Positions 26,954-38,427 of a DNA stretch of 64,000 nucleotides are shown one piece after another. The number at the start of each line of letters is the position of its first letter. Positions within the stretch are counted from its first letter, which is position 1. The notes below the pieces were generated by a model. It worked only from the letters and a program-made list of their open reading frames with translations, did no database searches and was not told the origin of the DNA. The DNA is taken from contig OZ024740.1 in NCBI GenBank assembly GCA_964016885.1, positions 139,500,001-139,564,000 of the forward strand. Reading direction: 5' to 3'. Both the position numbers and the translations under genes were made by a program. Origin of the DNA: Eledone cirrhosa (lineage: Eukaryota).

Positions 26954-26993
26954 CCGAGAACAATTGTTTCACCTTAGCGGATCCTCAGCTCGG
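26954..26993 (-). ncRNA. Minimal type I hammerhead ribozyme motif
   Basis: Minus strand: CCGAG-CTGAGGA-tCCgctaaGGt-GAAA-CAATTG-TT-CTCGG. 5-bp stem I, palindromic stem III, GUU triplet; (TA)n about 30 nt downstream. Confidence 0.72.
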
Positions 26994-28573
26994 AATAGGC
27001 AAGGTTATAGGAACAGGAAGGACAACCGTACGAACGCGCATGCGCAGAAACCCGGTCATTTCACACAGGCAATACTAGAAAACTTTAAACCTAATATATA
27101 ACAATGTCAGACTTGAACCCGTCACCACCTCTAGCAACAAACCTCAAGGGCACACCTTACACCACATCTCCACACTCATTGATCCACTTTAACGCAAATA
27201 GTGACATCCTCCTAGTACCTTTTACCCTAGAGATATCACCATGTACATCTACTTTTGGTATATTTGCCTTCAATTACTTAGACTACATTACACCAATATA
27301 TAATTAATGTAAACTTTAAGCACGGAATTGGTTGTGCTAATATTGTTCTGTGTATGGAGTGCTATCATTGGATAAATGGAAGATTAATTAATTTATTAAC
27401 ACAAAAGAGCTATATAACCTATATGCTGAGTGCAATGAATTATGTACAGGTGATGTATGAGTTATACATACATGTATGACTTGATGGTCAGATTAGTGTC
27501 ATTGTAGGTGAGAATTGATCTCTGGACTACCCTAGTGATATTTAACTTTGCCATGCAATCAGACATGCACTGACCAAGAGCTTACCAGGAGTCATATATA
27601 GAAGTGATTCTAATAAAACCCTGCCAGGTTCTGCGGGTAGACTACACTTACAAAGATCATTGATTTGGAGATCTGACTCTTCATGTAGAATATTCAGTTG
27701 TGGCACTCTATGATAGAAGGTAATCATCCTAATATGAACACCTTTAGTACTTCTTGATAGACTACACTGTAATTTATAGATAAGATACTTAAATTTAGAA
27801 ACTGTTTATAACCTTATATGATAGGGACTCATTTGAGACACCATTTAATGTACATTAGGATAATAAATTTAGTTATAGAAATCAGCTAGTTACCTCCCTT
27901 TACGCATTAACTCCCCTTAATCACACACACACTTCCGGAAAATAATACGATGTCAATTCTCGCAACAAAAACAACCTGCTCTATAGAATCGAATTAGAGA
28001 ACGACAAGCTGTGGTGTTCTAACATGGTTCATCAGGCATCCAATGTTGAATCATCGTGGATTGTGTGAGGGACATGTAGTCTATAAATTGCGTTTCCTGG
28101 ATTGTGAGAGTGCTGGTGTGTGCGAGGACCGTGGCGTTGTTTTGCTTCTCATTTTTAATATTTTTGGTGTTTCTCTACACACAGGCTTCTATATCATACA
28201 TATATATATAAAAAATGCGTTACCAGTACAGCCCCCATGATGCTCTTGATTGCCCGCTTAGACTGCTTGTATTGCATGTAACACCCTGCCGCACTGTAAT
28301 CTTGTATAAATAGGACACGCGTGCATACCCCACGTGTGACTGTTGCATACACTGGCTACTTCAAACTATCCTCTTGCTTTATCTTCGTAAACTGCCAATG
28401 TTGTATTTTAACTTTAATTTTGTCCTTTAATATGTCTTTAATCTTTGTATGTAAATTGCCATGCTATATTATTATAATGGATATCAACGCACTGTGCATC
28501 AATATATACATATGTTTCTATATGTCTCTTGTGTTGGAAAGGAGGTCAAGTATGTAAAAGATCATTGAAAAAT

Positions 28574-28620
28574 TGCTCCGAAGACTCAAAACCTCGGTTT
28601 GGAGGAAACAACTGTAAGCG
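28574..28620 (+). ncRNA. Hammerhead-like motif (U4C variant) followed by AATAAA
   Basis: TGCT-CCGAAGA-CTCaAAACCtcGGTTTgGAG-GAAA-CaactG-TA-AGCG. Confidence 0.55.
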
Positions 28621-28820
28621 AATAAATGGTTTAAACAGAACTTTGATTCATGTAATTTCTGTATAACTGCTCTGTAGAACAACTGATGTTGTTACATTGA
28701 GCTATTTATCTTACTGGTAATAAGGTAGTAATAAATTACTGTCTTTCACTATTTAGGGTTTAAAATATATATAACTATAAAAGGTTTTGGTATATACATA
28801 ACCATAAATAGTATCCTTAA

Positions 28821-28915
<95 letters not shown>

Positions 28916-28924
28916 ATATATATA

Positions 28925-30864
28925 GTAATAATAATACATTTGAAGACTAAAATCCAAAGAGGGCTCGATAAGGATAAATATATATCAAATATATAAGAAC
29001 CGTCGAGCAAATATTTATTAAAATAACAAATTAAAGTTTAAGCAAAGAATCGCTGCTTTCACCCTTAACGGGATCTTCTGCATATTTTCAACGACCATGC
29101 CACTTATTACAATGAAGTTCTTGCTCGGAGTGGATTTGTCGATAAGGTAGCATATACAGAGTACGAAAATAGACCTAGAAGAATTAGATCCCGACGCATT
29201 TGTTGGTATAACCCACCATATAATATGGAGGTGGCTACACCATTAGCTAAGATCTTTCTTTCCCTTATTACGAAGCATTTTCCCCCTACACATAAATATA
29301 GTAAAATTTTTAATAGAAATACTATTAAAATTTCTTACTCTACGACTCCTAACCTTGCTCATAACATCACAGCTTCAAATTTAGCTAAACTACCTAGCCG
29401 TAGGAACACGTGCAACCCTGTGGTTAGTACTAACTATAATTGTAGGAATCGGGTTGATTGCCCCCTATCCGGAAAATGCCTCTCTAGTAACATTGTCTAC
29501 AAATGTAAGGTTGAAACACCCACGTCCCGTAGGGCCTACATAGGGTTAACCGCCAATAGATTCAAGCAGCGTCTTTACATGCATACCCATTCTTTTCGTT
29601 ACCCTCTGAGAAGGAATATGACGTCACTTTCAGTTTATAACTGGAGTCTAAAAGACAACCACACCCAATATAAGTTACACTGGGAGATTCTAGCTAGGGC
29701 TAGATCGTATAACGGGAATAAAAGACCATGTGACCTCTGCGCCGCTGAGGCCCTGGAAATACTCTACGCCACAGACTACATCTTAAACAAAAAATCTGAG
29801 GCAATTTCGGCTTGTAAACATAAATTGCACAAAACTTTTCTGTATTACAGCCCCACGTTATACCCTAACGGATAGTACGATCTATACGTGGATATTTTAC
29901 GTCTTGATGTGGTAGCTAAGTATATGTTATGTTTATGCCATTACTTATTTGCATAGGTAAGTATATATTACCTGTATGTTTTGTGAAGGTACGTATACTT
30001 TCTCGTACGTATATTTGATTGTATATGTTATGGCGTATAATTTTATATATTCTGGTACATATGGTTTGGTTATGTGTATACGGGAGTTTTGCGTCGGTGT
30101 GAGTATGCAGGTTCGTACGTATGTAGGGTGTGTGTATATGTGTACTTCATGTTTTGGTTGACGTACGTCTCTGAACATTTGTGTATTTACATGTAGGTGT
30201 GTATGTGCGCTTGTTATATACGTATTTATTTATTTATATACGTTTATTTAATTATTTATTTGTATACACGCACACACACACATATTTTTATATGTGCGTA
30301 GTTTTGTATACCTATGGCAAGTGTTTTCGCGTATGCTTTCGTGTATGTATTTATTTAATTTCTATTACCTCTGTATTGTATTTTATTTACTTTATTCTTA
30401 ACTCTGAAATGGAGATTCATTCGGTTTCCTAGTTAGAATTTTAGTCTACGATTTCAGCTATACCATTAACATGGTTTGTCTCTGCGTGCAATTGTTCTCC
30501 ACGCTCCACATATGACGTATTATCTTCGTTTTTACCGTTCATTGCCAGAGAACGTCTCTATGAACCACATAAGAGAACATTAGTCTACGATTTCTTTTAT
30601 ACCATAAACGTGGTTCTGTCTTCGCGTGTAATTGTTTTTCACCGCTCCTATTAATGACGTATTATATTCGTTTTTTCCCGTTCTTTGCCAGGGAACGTTT
30701 CCACGAACCAAAGTATCGTCTTCCTGTCTTCCTCCGGTTGCAACGTTTTTTGAAATATGCACTTCTGCGTTCACAGATTGACTTTGTTAGTTTCAGAAGA
30801 TCCCGTTAAGGGTGAAAGCAGCGATTCTTTGCTTAAACTTTAATCTGTTATTTTAATAAATATA
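28925..30864 (+). mobile_element. 5'-truncated Penelope-like element (GIY-YIG) with an inverted terminal copy, inside (TA)n
   Basis: GIY-YIG ORF; 29009-29080 is an inverted copy of 30794-30864 and includes a degenerate hammerhead core (CAGAAGA-tCCCgttaaGGGt-GAAA). (TA)n on both sides. Confidence 0.88.
29081..29875 (+). CDS. Penelope-like RT thumb/linker plus GIY-YIG endonuclease (C-terminal remnant)
   Basis: Open frame from 29081: WYNPPY, KHFP..H.YSKIFNRNTIKISYS, NCR....CPL.GKC, IVYKC...YIG.T...FKQR...H, CDLC..E, LNKKSE. Confidence 0.85.
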   Translation, partial: HIFNDHATYYNEVLARSGFVDKVAYTEYENRPRRIRSRRICWYNPPYNMEVATPLAKIFLSLITKHFPPTHKYSKIFNRNTIKISYSTTPNLAHNITASNLAKLPSRRNTCNPVVSTNYNCRNRVDCPLSGKCLSSNIVYKCKVETPTSRRAYIGLTANRFKQRLYMHTHSFRYPLRRNMTSLSVYNWSLKDNHTQYKLHWEILARARSYNGNKRPCDLCAAEALEILYATDYILNKKSEAISACKHKLHKTFLYYSPTLYPNG

Positions 30865-30881
30865 ATATTATATATATATAT

Positions 30882-31075
<194 letters not shown>

Positions 31076-31077
31076 GA

Positions 31078-31185
31078 AGCGTGGCTTCCTGGTTAGGGTG
31101 TTCGGCTCACGAGCGTAAGATCTTGAGTTTGATTTCCGGACCGTCGGCGCGTTATGTCCTTGAACAAGATACTTTATTTCCCTTT
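31078..31185 (+). mobile_element. Second tRNA-derived SINE family (S2) fragment
   Basis: GCGTGGC..TGGTTAGGGTG head and TGTCCTTGAACAAGATACTTTA motif. Relatives near 40470-40740 (+), 48520-48570 and 55885-56020 (-). Confidence 0.55.
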
Positions 31186-31547
31186 ACTATATATATTCGA
31201 AAGTAAGGTTTTTTGATATGTCCGACACGGGTAAATAAATAGGAAACTGAAGTTTTGGAGTCTCTCAGAGGGTTTATATATACTTTATGATTTAACCGGT
31301 TTCACAAGTCTTATGATTTTCAAAAGTCAAAAGTGATGGAGATATCTGATTCTATGCCGACTTCCAGCACACATCTAATTGATGTGGGGAATTTTATACA
31401 AAAATGTGGCTCAGATTGCTCTAAGTTTGAGAGCCACTTAATGCCCATGTTTGTCTGTAGTTGGGGTTCATATGCCCTAATAGACTATTTTTCTGTTGTC
31501 AATTTATGGTGAAAGCTTCCAATTCTATTTTCAATATATATATATAT

Positions 31548-31819
31548 AGAAAAAAAGATGAAATCGAAAATGCGACTGGAGTCTTATTAAAATAAATATA
31601 TATATATTTATTTGTTTCCTTTACCGTTGAGATGGAGGATATGTGGTTTTTCTTACATGTGAGAAAAACCACAGACCCTCCATCTCAACTCTACTTTTGA
31701 AAAGCAGAAGTACTGCGAAACCGGTAAAGGAACCAAATAAATATATATATATTTTTTTAAATAAGACTCCATTTGCATTTTCGATTTCATCTTTTTTTCT
31801 TTATACTTTCACTCGTGTT

Positions 31820-31822
<3 letters not shown>
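31548..31822 (+). mobile_element. (TA)n-flanked fold-back element (family H2, copy 1)
   Basis: Inverted arms around CTTACATGTGAG. The left arm has an internal deletion; the right arm carries a hammerhead motif at 31694-31729. Confidence 0.8.
31694..31729 (+). ncRNA. Minimal hammerhead motif, U3-A8 covariant core
   Basis: CTT-TTGAAAA-GCAGaagtaCTGC-GAAA-CcgG-TA-AAG. Confidence 0.6.
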
Positions 31823-31857
<35 letters not shown>

Positions 31858-31858
<1 letters not shown>

Positions 31859-32092
31859 AGACGTAAAATAAGAAAATTATAAAATTAACTTACTTACTAA
31901 AATATCACTTCCAACTAATTATTTTCTGGAATGGAGTAAATATATTTTCTGAAGAAGATATAGAGAAACATTCCGTCGTCAGGGAAGTCTATTCTTATAT
32001 AAGTTTCCAGGCAAAGCGAGGACTCTGGAAATTTATTAAAAAATAATTCAGTGGATAGGAAATAGCAAAGCGTGGACTGAATTCCTAGCCAT
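31858..32092 (-). mobile_element. Family H1 copy 2, with hammerhead motif at 31908-31987
   Basis: Reverse complement of 13136-13372. Minus strand reads CTTCC-CTGACGA-c-GGAATG...CATTCC-a-GAAA-ataattag-TT-GGAAG. Confidence 0.65.
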
Positions 32093-32543
32093 TGAGAAAA
32101 TCACTGCCTCTGCGCCTGTGGCAAATTCAAAAAGAATCGAACACGTGACATCGAGGTCAATCAGTGGAAAGTGGTTTGCTAATAAGACAGCGGCCTGCCT
32201 ACTACCATAGCAGCAGTCATGGCCAATATTGCTCGACAAGTGCAATATTGCGGTGGAGGGTGTGTAGTGTACTGGTGTGTGTGTGTGGTTAGTGTGAGTG
32301 CGTGTATATATGTACAGGTGGGTGTGTGTGTGATAAGGGGTGGGGGGAGAAGAAAGGGGGGATGTTAGTATTGTTAGTTGGGGAAGGGTGGTCGGTGTGG
32401 GGTGGGGGTATTGGTATTGTTAGTTGTGGGGTGGGCGGTGAAAAGGAGTGGTGTGTTAGTGGTGTTAGTGGGGGGTGCATGGCGGTCAAAGGCTAAAGGA
32501 ATAGGTGCGTGTGTGTGTGTGGGGGGGGGGTATGTATATGTTT

Positions 32544-32608
<65 letters not shown>

Positions 32609-32688
32609 TAAGTTTATCCCGGGTTCAATCGGGGGTAACCACGATAAGTAAGGTACTCAATACAAAGCAGAGTATAAATAAGTCATCA

Positions 32689-32741
32689 GGGCTTCCTGAT
32701 GATTTCTCCCGAATGAAACAGTTCTAGTCCTGTAGAAGTCT
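32689..32741 (+). ncRNA. Type I hammerhead ribozyme motif
   Basis: GGGCTTC-CTGATGA-tTTCtcccGAAt-GAAA-CAGttctagtcCTG-TA-GAAGTCT. All three stems are present; GUA triplet; (TA)n follows. Confidence 0.72.
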
Positions 32742-32771
32742 TTCTATATTAAATATATATATATATATATA

Positions 32772-33324
32772 TAAATGTAAGTATGTATGTATACGTACAT
32801 ACATATATGTATACAGACGTACAGTAGTATGTATATATATACATACATGCACACATATATATATGCACGTATCGGTTTACCGAACATTTATTATAATGTT
32901 CGGTTTGTTTTTTTTTCCGTTTCATTCTATTCCATTTATCGTTTTCGGTGCGCCCAGCCGACTGAACTAACGCGATATGCAAATTAGGCTGCTCAGCCGT
33001 TAATATGCATAAGGAAAGTATATACTTTCAGACGTTCAACCATCTGGCAGGAAGGTATACGATGCTGACGATAGCTAATAAGCTTGAAATTAGTACATTG
33101 TTCCTGTGTCAGTATTGAACAAAAAGGTGACGTGGTTGCCTAAACACTGTACGGCGTAATTCACGCTGTTTGTTTGTTTACAAACAAACAAACCGAACAT
33201 TATAATAAATGTTCGGTAAACCGATACGTGCATATATATATGTATGCATGTATGTATATATATACATACTACTGTACGTCTGTATACATATATGTATGTA
33301 CGTATACATACATACTTACATTTA
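32772..33324. repeat. Element with about 135-bp inverted arms and a 280-bp spacer between (TA)n tracts
   Basis: About 32772-32910 is the reverse complement of about 33187-33324. Each arm has an internal hairpin ACCGAACATT...AATGTTCGGT. Confidence 0.85.
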
Positions 33325-33369
33325 AGTAAAGCCGTACTAAAAGTGAGAAATGAAATTTCGTTTCATTCT

Positions 33370-33466
<97 letters not shown>

Positions 33467-33509
33467 GTGAGGTTTTTTTTACAAATTGAAAAATAACCGA
33501 GGTGTCCTA

Positions 33510-33834
33510 CACGAGTGAAAGTATAAAGAAAAAGAGATGAAATCGAAAATGAACTGGAGTCTTATTTTTTTTTTAAATATATATATTTATTTGGTTCCTT
33601 TACCGGTTTCGCAGTTCTTCTGCTTTTCAAAAGTAGAGTTGAGATGGAGGGTCTGTGGTTTTTCTCAGATGTGAGAAAAACCACAGACCCTGATGTGAGA
33701 AAAACCACAGACCCTCCATCTCAACTCTACTTTTGAAAAGCAGAAGAACTGCGAAACCGGTAAAGGAACCAAATAAATATATATATTTAAAAAAAAAATA
33801 AGACTCCAGTTCATTTTCGATTTCATCTCTTTTT

Positions 33835-33841
<7 letters not shown>
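33510..33841 (-). mobile_element. Family H2 copy 2: near-perfect fold-back with about 145-bp arms and a hammerhead motif in each arm
   Basis: Arms about 33523-33666 and 33696-33841. Motifs at 33598-33633 (-) and 33730-33765 (+). Central duplication of GATGTGAGAAAAACCACAGACCCT. Confidence 0.85.
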
Positions 33842-33865
<24 letters not shown>

Positions 33866-34092
33866 AGTGCGTGTGTGTGTGTATGTGTGCGTGTGCGTAT
33901 GTGTGTGTATGTATATATTCATATACACACATATATATATATATATAATTGTGTGTGTGTGCAAGTGACAGTTAATTCAGAAACAGATAAGTTTGTCTCA
34001 CTGAAGCCAGACTCTCATTGTACAGCTGATAGTCACTTGAACAGATGACATACACACAAATACACATACATTTACATGTACATATACTGCCC

Positions 34093-34159
<67 letters not shown>

Positions 34160-34400
34160 TATATATACGCACGCACACAAATACATACTTCCATACATAC
34201 ATGCATGCAGACATACATACATACAAACATACATACACACAAACATGCATACATACATATATACACACACACACACATATATAATACATATACACATACA
34301 TGCATACACACATACATACACACATACATACATACACACATACATACATACACACATACATACATACATACATACATACATACATACATACATACATACA

Positions 34401-34432
<32 letters not shown>

Positions 34433-34849
34433 ATACATACATACATACAAAGTGACAAGGGTGCATTAAATTACATATACCCAAAGAAAATATATTAAAA
34501 ACAAGTGGGATGGTGGTCGTTATGGTTGGTGGGTAGAAAGTGAAGTTAATATGATTTGGTTGTGGTAGGAATATAACAAGATAGCATGATGATCCTAGGA
34601 CTGATGGTGCCACACATTTGGCGTGTAATTAACATGACTTGCCTACATAATACATTGCTGGGATGATGTGGGATACAGCCTGCCTGTGGGCATGTATGTA
34701 TGTATGTATGTATGTATGTATGTATGTATGTATGTATGTATGTATGTATGTATGCATGTATGTATGTATGTATGTATGTATGTATGTATGTATGTGCGTA
34801 CATATATATGTGCGTATACATATGTGTATACCTGTATGTATGTATGTGC

Positions 34850-34889
<40 letters not shown>

Positions 34890-34931
34890 GAACACACATA
34901 CATACAGGTATACATATATGTATACGCACAT

Positions 34932-35025
34932 CCCGCCTTTCATCCTTACGGGGTCGATAAAATAAAGTACCAGTAATACACTGAGTAATTGCTGGCCTTG
35001 TGCCAAAAGTAGAAACAATTATTAT
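34932..35025 (+). mobile_element. 5'-truncated S1 SINE
   Basis: Core and tail only; a similar fragment lies at 41184-41262. Confidence 0.7.
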
Positions 35026-35102
35026 TGTTGTCTTCGTATCAGCCCTTGTGGCCAATAAAGAAACCATTATTGTTTTTGTTGTTATTGTTATTATTATTAT
35101 TA

Positions 35103-36586
35103 CAGCTGCATTTATCTTGCTTTATATTCATACGAGTTATCACCAAGTCACAACCAGTGACCTCCAGAGACAACAAGGTCCGCCATGTTCAAGAAAGAAC
35201 ATACATACTCACACATGCATCTTTAGGTGTTTAGACTTGTGATGTACTTATATTGACAGAATCTTCTTAAGTATATGGGCAGTTCCCATTATTACTATCT
35301 TTTGTATTTCTCCTATACGCCGGTTTCCTGGGATTTGCGATAAGTAATCATTAGACCCCTTAGGTATCATTCCTAGAGCGCCTACAACCACTGGTATTGT
35401 TTTAGTTCTCAATTTCCACATTTTTCCAATTTCTATCTCCAGGTCCTTATAATTGCTCAATTTTTCAAATGTTTTTATAGATACATTCTTGTCTATTGGA
35501 ACGGACATATCAATTAGCAGGCATACCCTCTTTTGAAAGTCCTTCAATATTATATCAGGTCTAATTGCATCTATTTTTCGGTCTGTTTGGATGCTAAAGT
35601 TCCACAAGATTGAGATGTGATCTTTTTCAAGTATGGGAGGTGGTTGATGCTCCCACCAATTCTTTTGATGGGGCAGGTCAAAATGCTTGCACATTATCCA
35701 ATGTATGTATTGTGCAGCTCTGTCATGCCTGTTTAGGTATTCGGTTGGAGCTATAGGACTGCACATTGAAATTATATGGTCAATGGTCTCTGGTTGTTTT
35801 TTACATACACGGCATAATGGGCTGCATCCATTTTTTATTATGTTGACTTAGTAATTTTTTGTTGGCAGACACTGATCTTGTGCTGATATAATCAGTCCTT
35901 CAGTCTCCGATTTCAGTCCAGAGGATGCCAACCACTGATGGGTTAAAGTTTTGTCAACATCAGGATTGTTAGCTCGTTCTGGGTATGTTCCATACAGAGG
36001 CTTTTCTTGCAGTTCTTTCTTTGCAGTTACTTTTACCTGTTTTGCTTTTTCTGTGTTTTCCATTTCAGCAGTAAATGGGACTTCTGAAATTTGTAGTCCA
36101 TTACTGTATCTTTGTGCATCTTTTGTAATGGAGTATGATCTTTTGATGATTTCGTGTTTCAAAACGGTTTGATCATCCAATCATGTGATTCCCTTAGATA
36201 TGTAGATAATCCAATTGTTGCAGTTTTCAACGCAATGTCTAACTGGATTAACCCACGTCCTCCTTCTTTCCTAGGGAGATATATTCTATCTGTATCTGCC
36301 TTAGGGTGATGCATTCTGTGCATGGTTAAGAATTTTCGAATTTTTGTATCGAGCCTACGGATCTCTGTGCTTGATCAGTTGATGACATTGTAACTGTAGG
36401 TTACTACTGGTATGGCAAGCGTGTTTATGGCATCGATCCTATTCCTTGCATTCAATTCCGTTCTTAAGATTACTCTTACTCTGCGGTAACATTCCTTCCT
36501 TATCCTTTCCCTCATTGTCGAGTGTTTGATTCCGTCTCCTTCACAAACACCTAGATATTTGTAAGTTTCCTCTTGATCAAGTTCTC
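35103..36586 (-). mobile_element. 5'-truncated R4/Dong-like non-LTR element A (RT end, CCHC, restriction-like endonuclease) in (TAA)n
   Basis: YKYLG, GGRG, ETEGLIISAQDQCL, CRVC...ETIDH, RHD, RPDII, LIDMSVP, K..Y.DL, PVVVGALG. (TAA)n on both flanks. Confidence 0.88.
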
Positions 36587-36617
<31 letters not shown>

Positions 36618-38347
36618 GAGTCTCAGTCATTGATGTTAGTTAACTGGAAAGTTTGTTGAAATGAATATCAAGCCACCACCTGCAGCCTCAGATATTCAGG
36701 ACGTATCGGAGGGTTCTTGCAGTTCCCAGCAAGCATGCCTTTTGAAGCGTTCCAAAAAGCGTGGCGGGGCCAATTTTTTTTAATTATCCCTGGAAACTTT
36801 TTGAGATAGTACCACTTTGACTTCATGGCAGTACCAAATCCTTTTTACCTCCCACTTTAAGTCCTGGTATCGGTTAATTTTCTCCCTCTCCTTCTCTTGC
36901 ACTCTCGTGTCGAATGGGCAGGCCACATCCACAATCAGGCACGATCTTTTTTCCTTGTCCAAAACCACCAGGTCAGGTCTATTGTGTTCCAGTTTCTTGT
37001 CCGTCTGTATCCTAAAATCCCACAGCACCTTCACTTGATCGTTTTCTATCACCGACTCTGGCTTATGCTCATACCACTTCTCAGAATGTGGTAAATTGTT
37101 TACTTTGCATAGGTGCCAGTGGATCACCCTGCCCATCACATCATGTCTACAGCCCTTATAGTGAGTCTGGGCTAGGTGTTTACACTCGGATACAATGTGA
37201 GCCACAGTCTCCTCTCTCTCTCCACAGATCCTGCACAGTGGGCTAGCCTACTCCTTGTAAATATGGTGTTTCAACCACTTCGTTTTGAGGGCCTGCTCCT
37301 GCGCAGCCATTAACATTCCTTCTGTAGCCTTTTTAAGGTCTCCTCTTTTCAACCAATTCCATGTCTGTGGATCTCTAAATTCGGTTTTCTCAAAGAAGGT
37401 ACTATGAAGGGATTTTTCCTGAAGGCTGCTCTTTCTCCTTTTGTTATTTCCTCCTTGGACATCCCCTGGTCTATTGTCCTCTCCTTCAGTACAGTTCTGA
37501 GCATTGGCTCCTTACTATCAGTCATGTATTTGTGTAGGTTGTTTTTCTCCATCTGAACACAGTCCTCTATGCTGATAATACCTCTTCCACCTTCAGATCT
37601 CCTTAAGTAGAGTCTATCGACATCACTCCTCTTGTGGAACATGTTGTAGATAGTCAATAGCTTCCCAGTCTTCCTATCCATTTCTTTTTGTTCAGCAACA
37701 TTCCATCTCAGAATTCCCGCACTGTACCTAATAATAGACACAGCTCGGGAATTTACTGCACTTATGGCATTCCTACTGTTCAGATGTGACTTTAATACGC
37801 TCCTTACTCTCCGGATGTATTCAGTTGTTATCAATTCCATCATTTTCTTGTTCTTGATTTCATCAGCCTCCAGAACACCCAAATACTTATATCCTTCTTC
37901 AGTGTCAATTTCCTTTATCATCTCACCTGTTGGTACCTGGATTCCGTTACTTCTGCTCAAGTTACCCCTCTTCATCACAAGGACTCCACACTTACTAATA
38001 CCAAATTGCATACATATATCATTGCTGAAAATACGGACAGTGTCAACAAGCACATCCAACTCCTTCTCACTCTTCCCGAAGAGCTTAAGATCGTCCATGA
38101 AGAGAAGGTGATTGATGGTAAGCACTCCTTTTCCCAACTTGTATCCTGCTCTCACTTTGCGCAGTATAATGGTCAGGGGCATCAGGGCAAGGACAATCAA
38201 CAGAGGGGACAGACTACCTCCCTGGAAGATACCTCTCTTGATCTTCACGCCTCCCAAGGATTCTCCAGCTGATGTTAACTTTGTTTCCCAGGACTTCATA
38301 CTTTTGCCCAACAACTGTCTGATGTTATCTGCCACCTTGAAGATCTC
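36618..38347 (-). mobile_element. 5'-truncated R4/Dong-like non-LTR element B (different family) in (TAA)n
   Basis: RGIFQG.SLSPLL, HLLFMDDLKL, YKYLG, GGRG, RHD, RPDLVV, DVACPFD, EK..RYQDL, with frameshifts. (TAA)n at 36587-36617 and from 38348. Confidence 0.9.
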
Positions 38348-38427
38348 TTATTATTATTATTATTATTATTATTAATATTTTTCTTATTATTATTATTATT
38401 ATCGTTTTTTAATTTTTTTTTTTTCGT

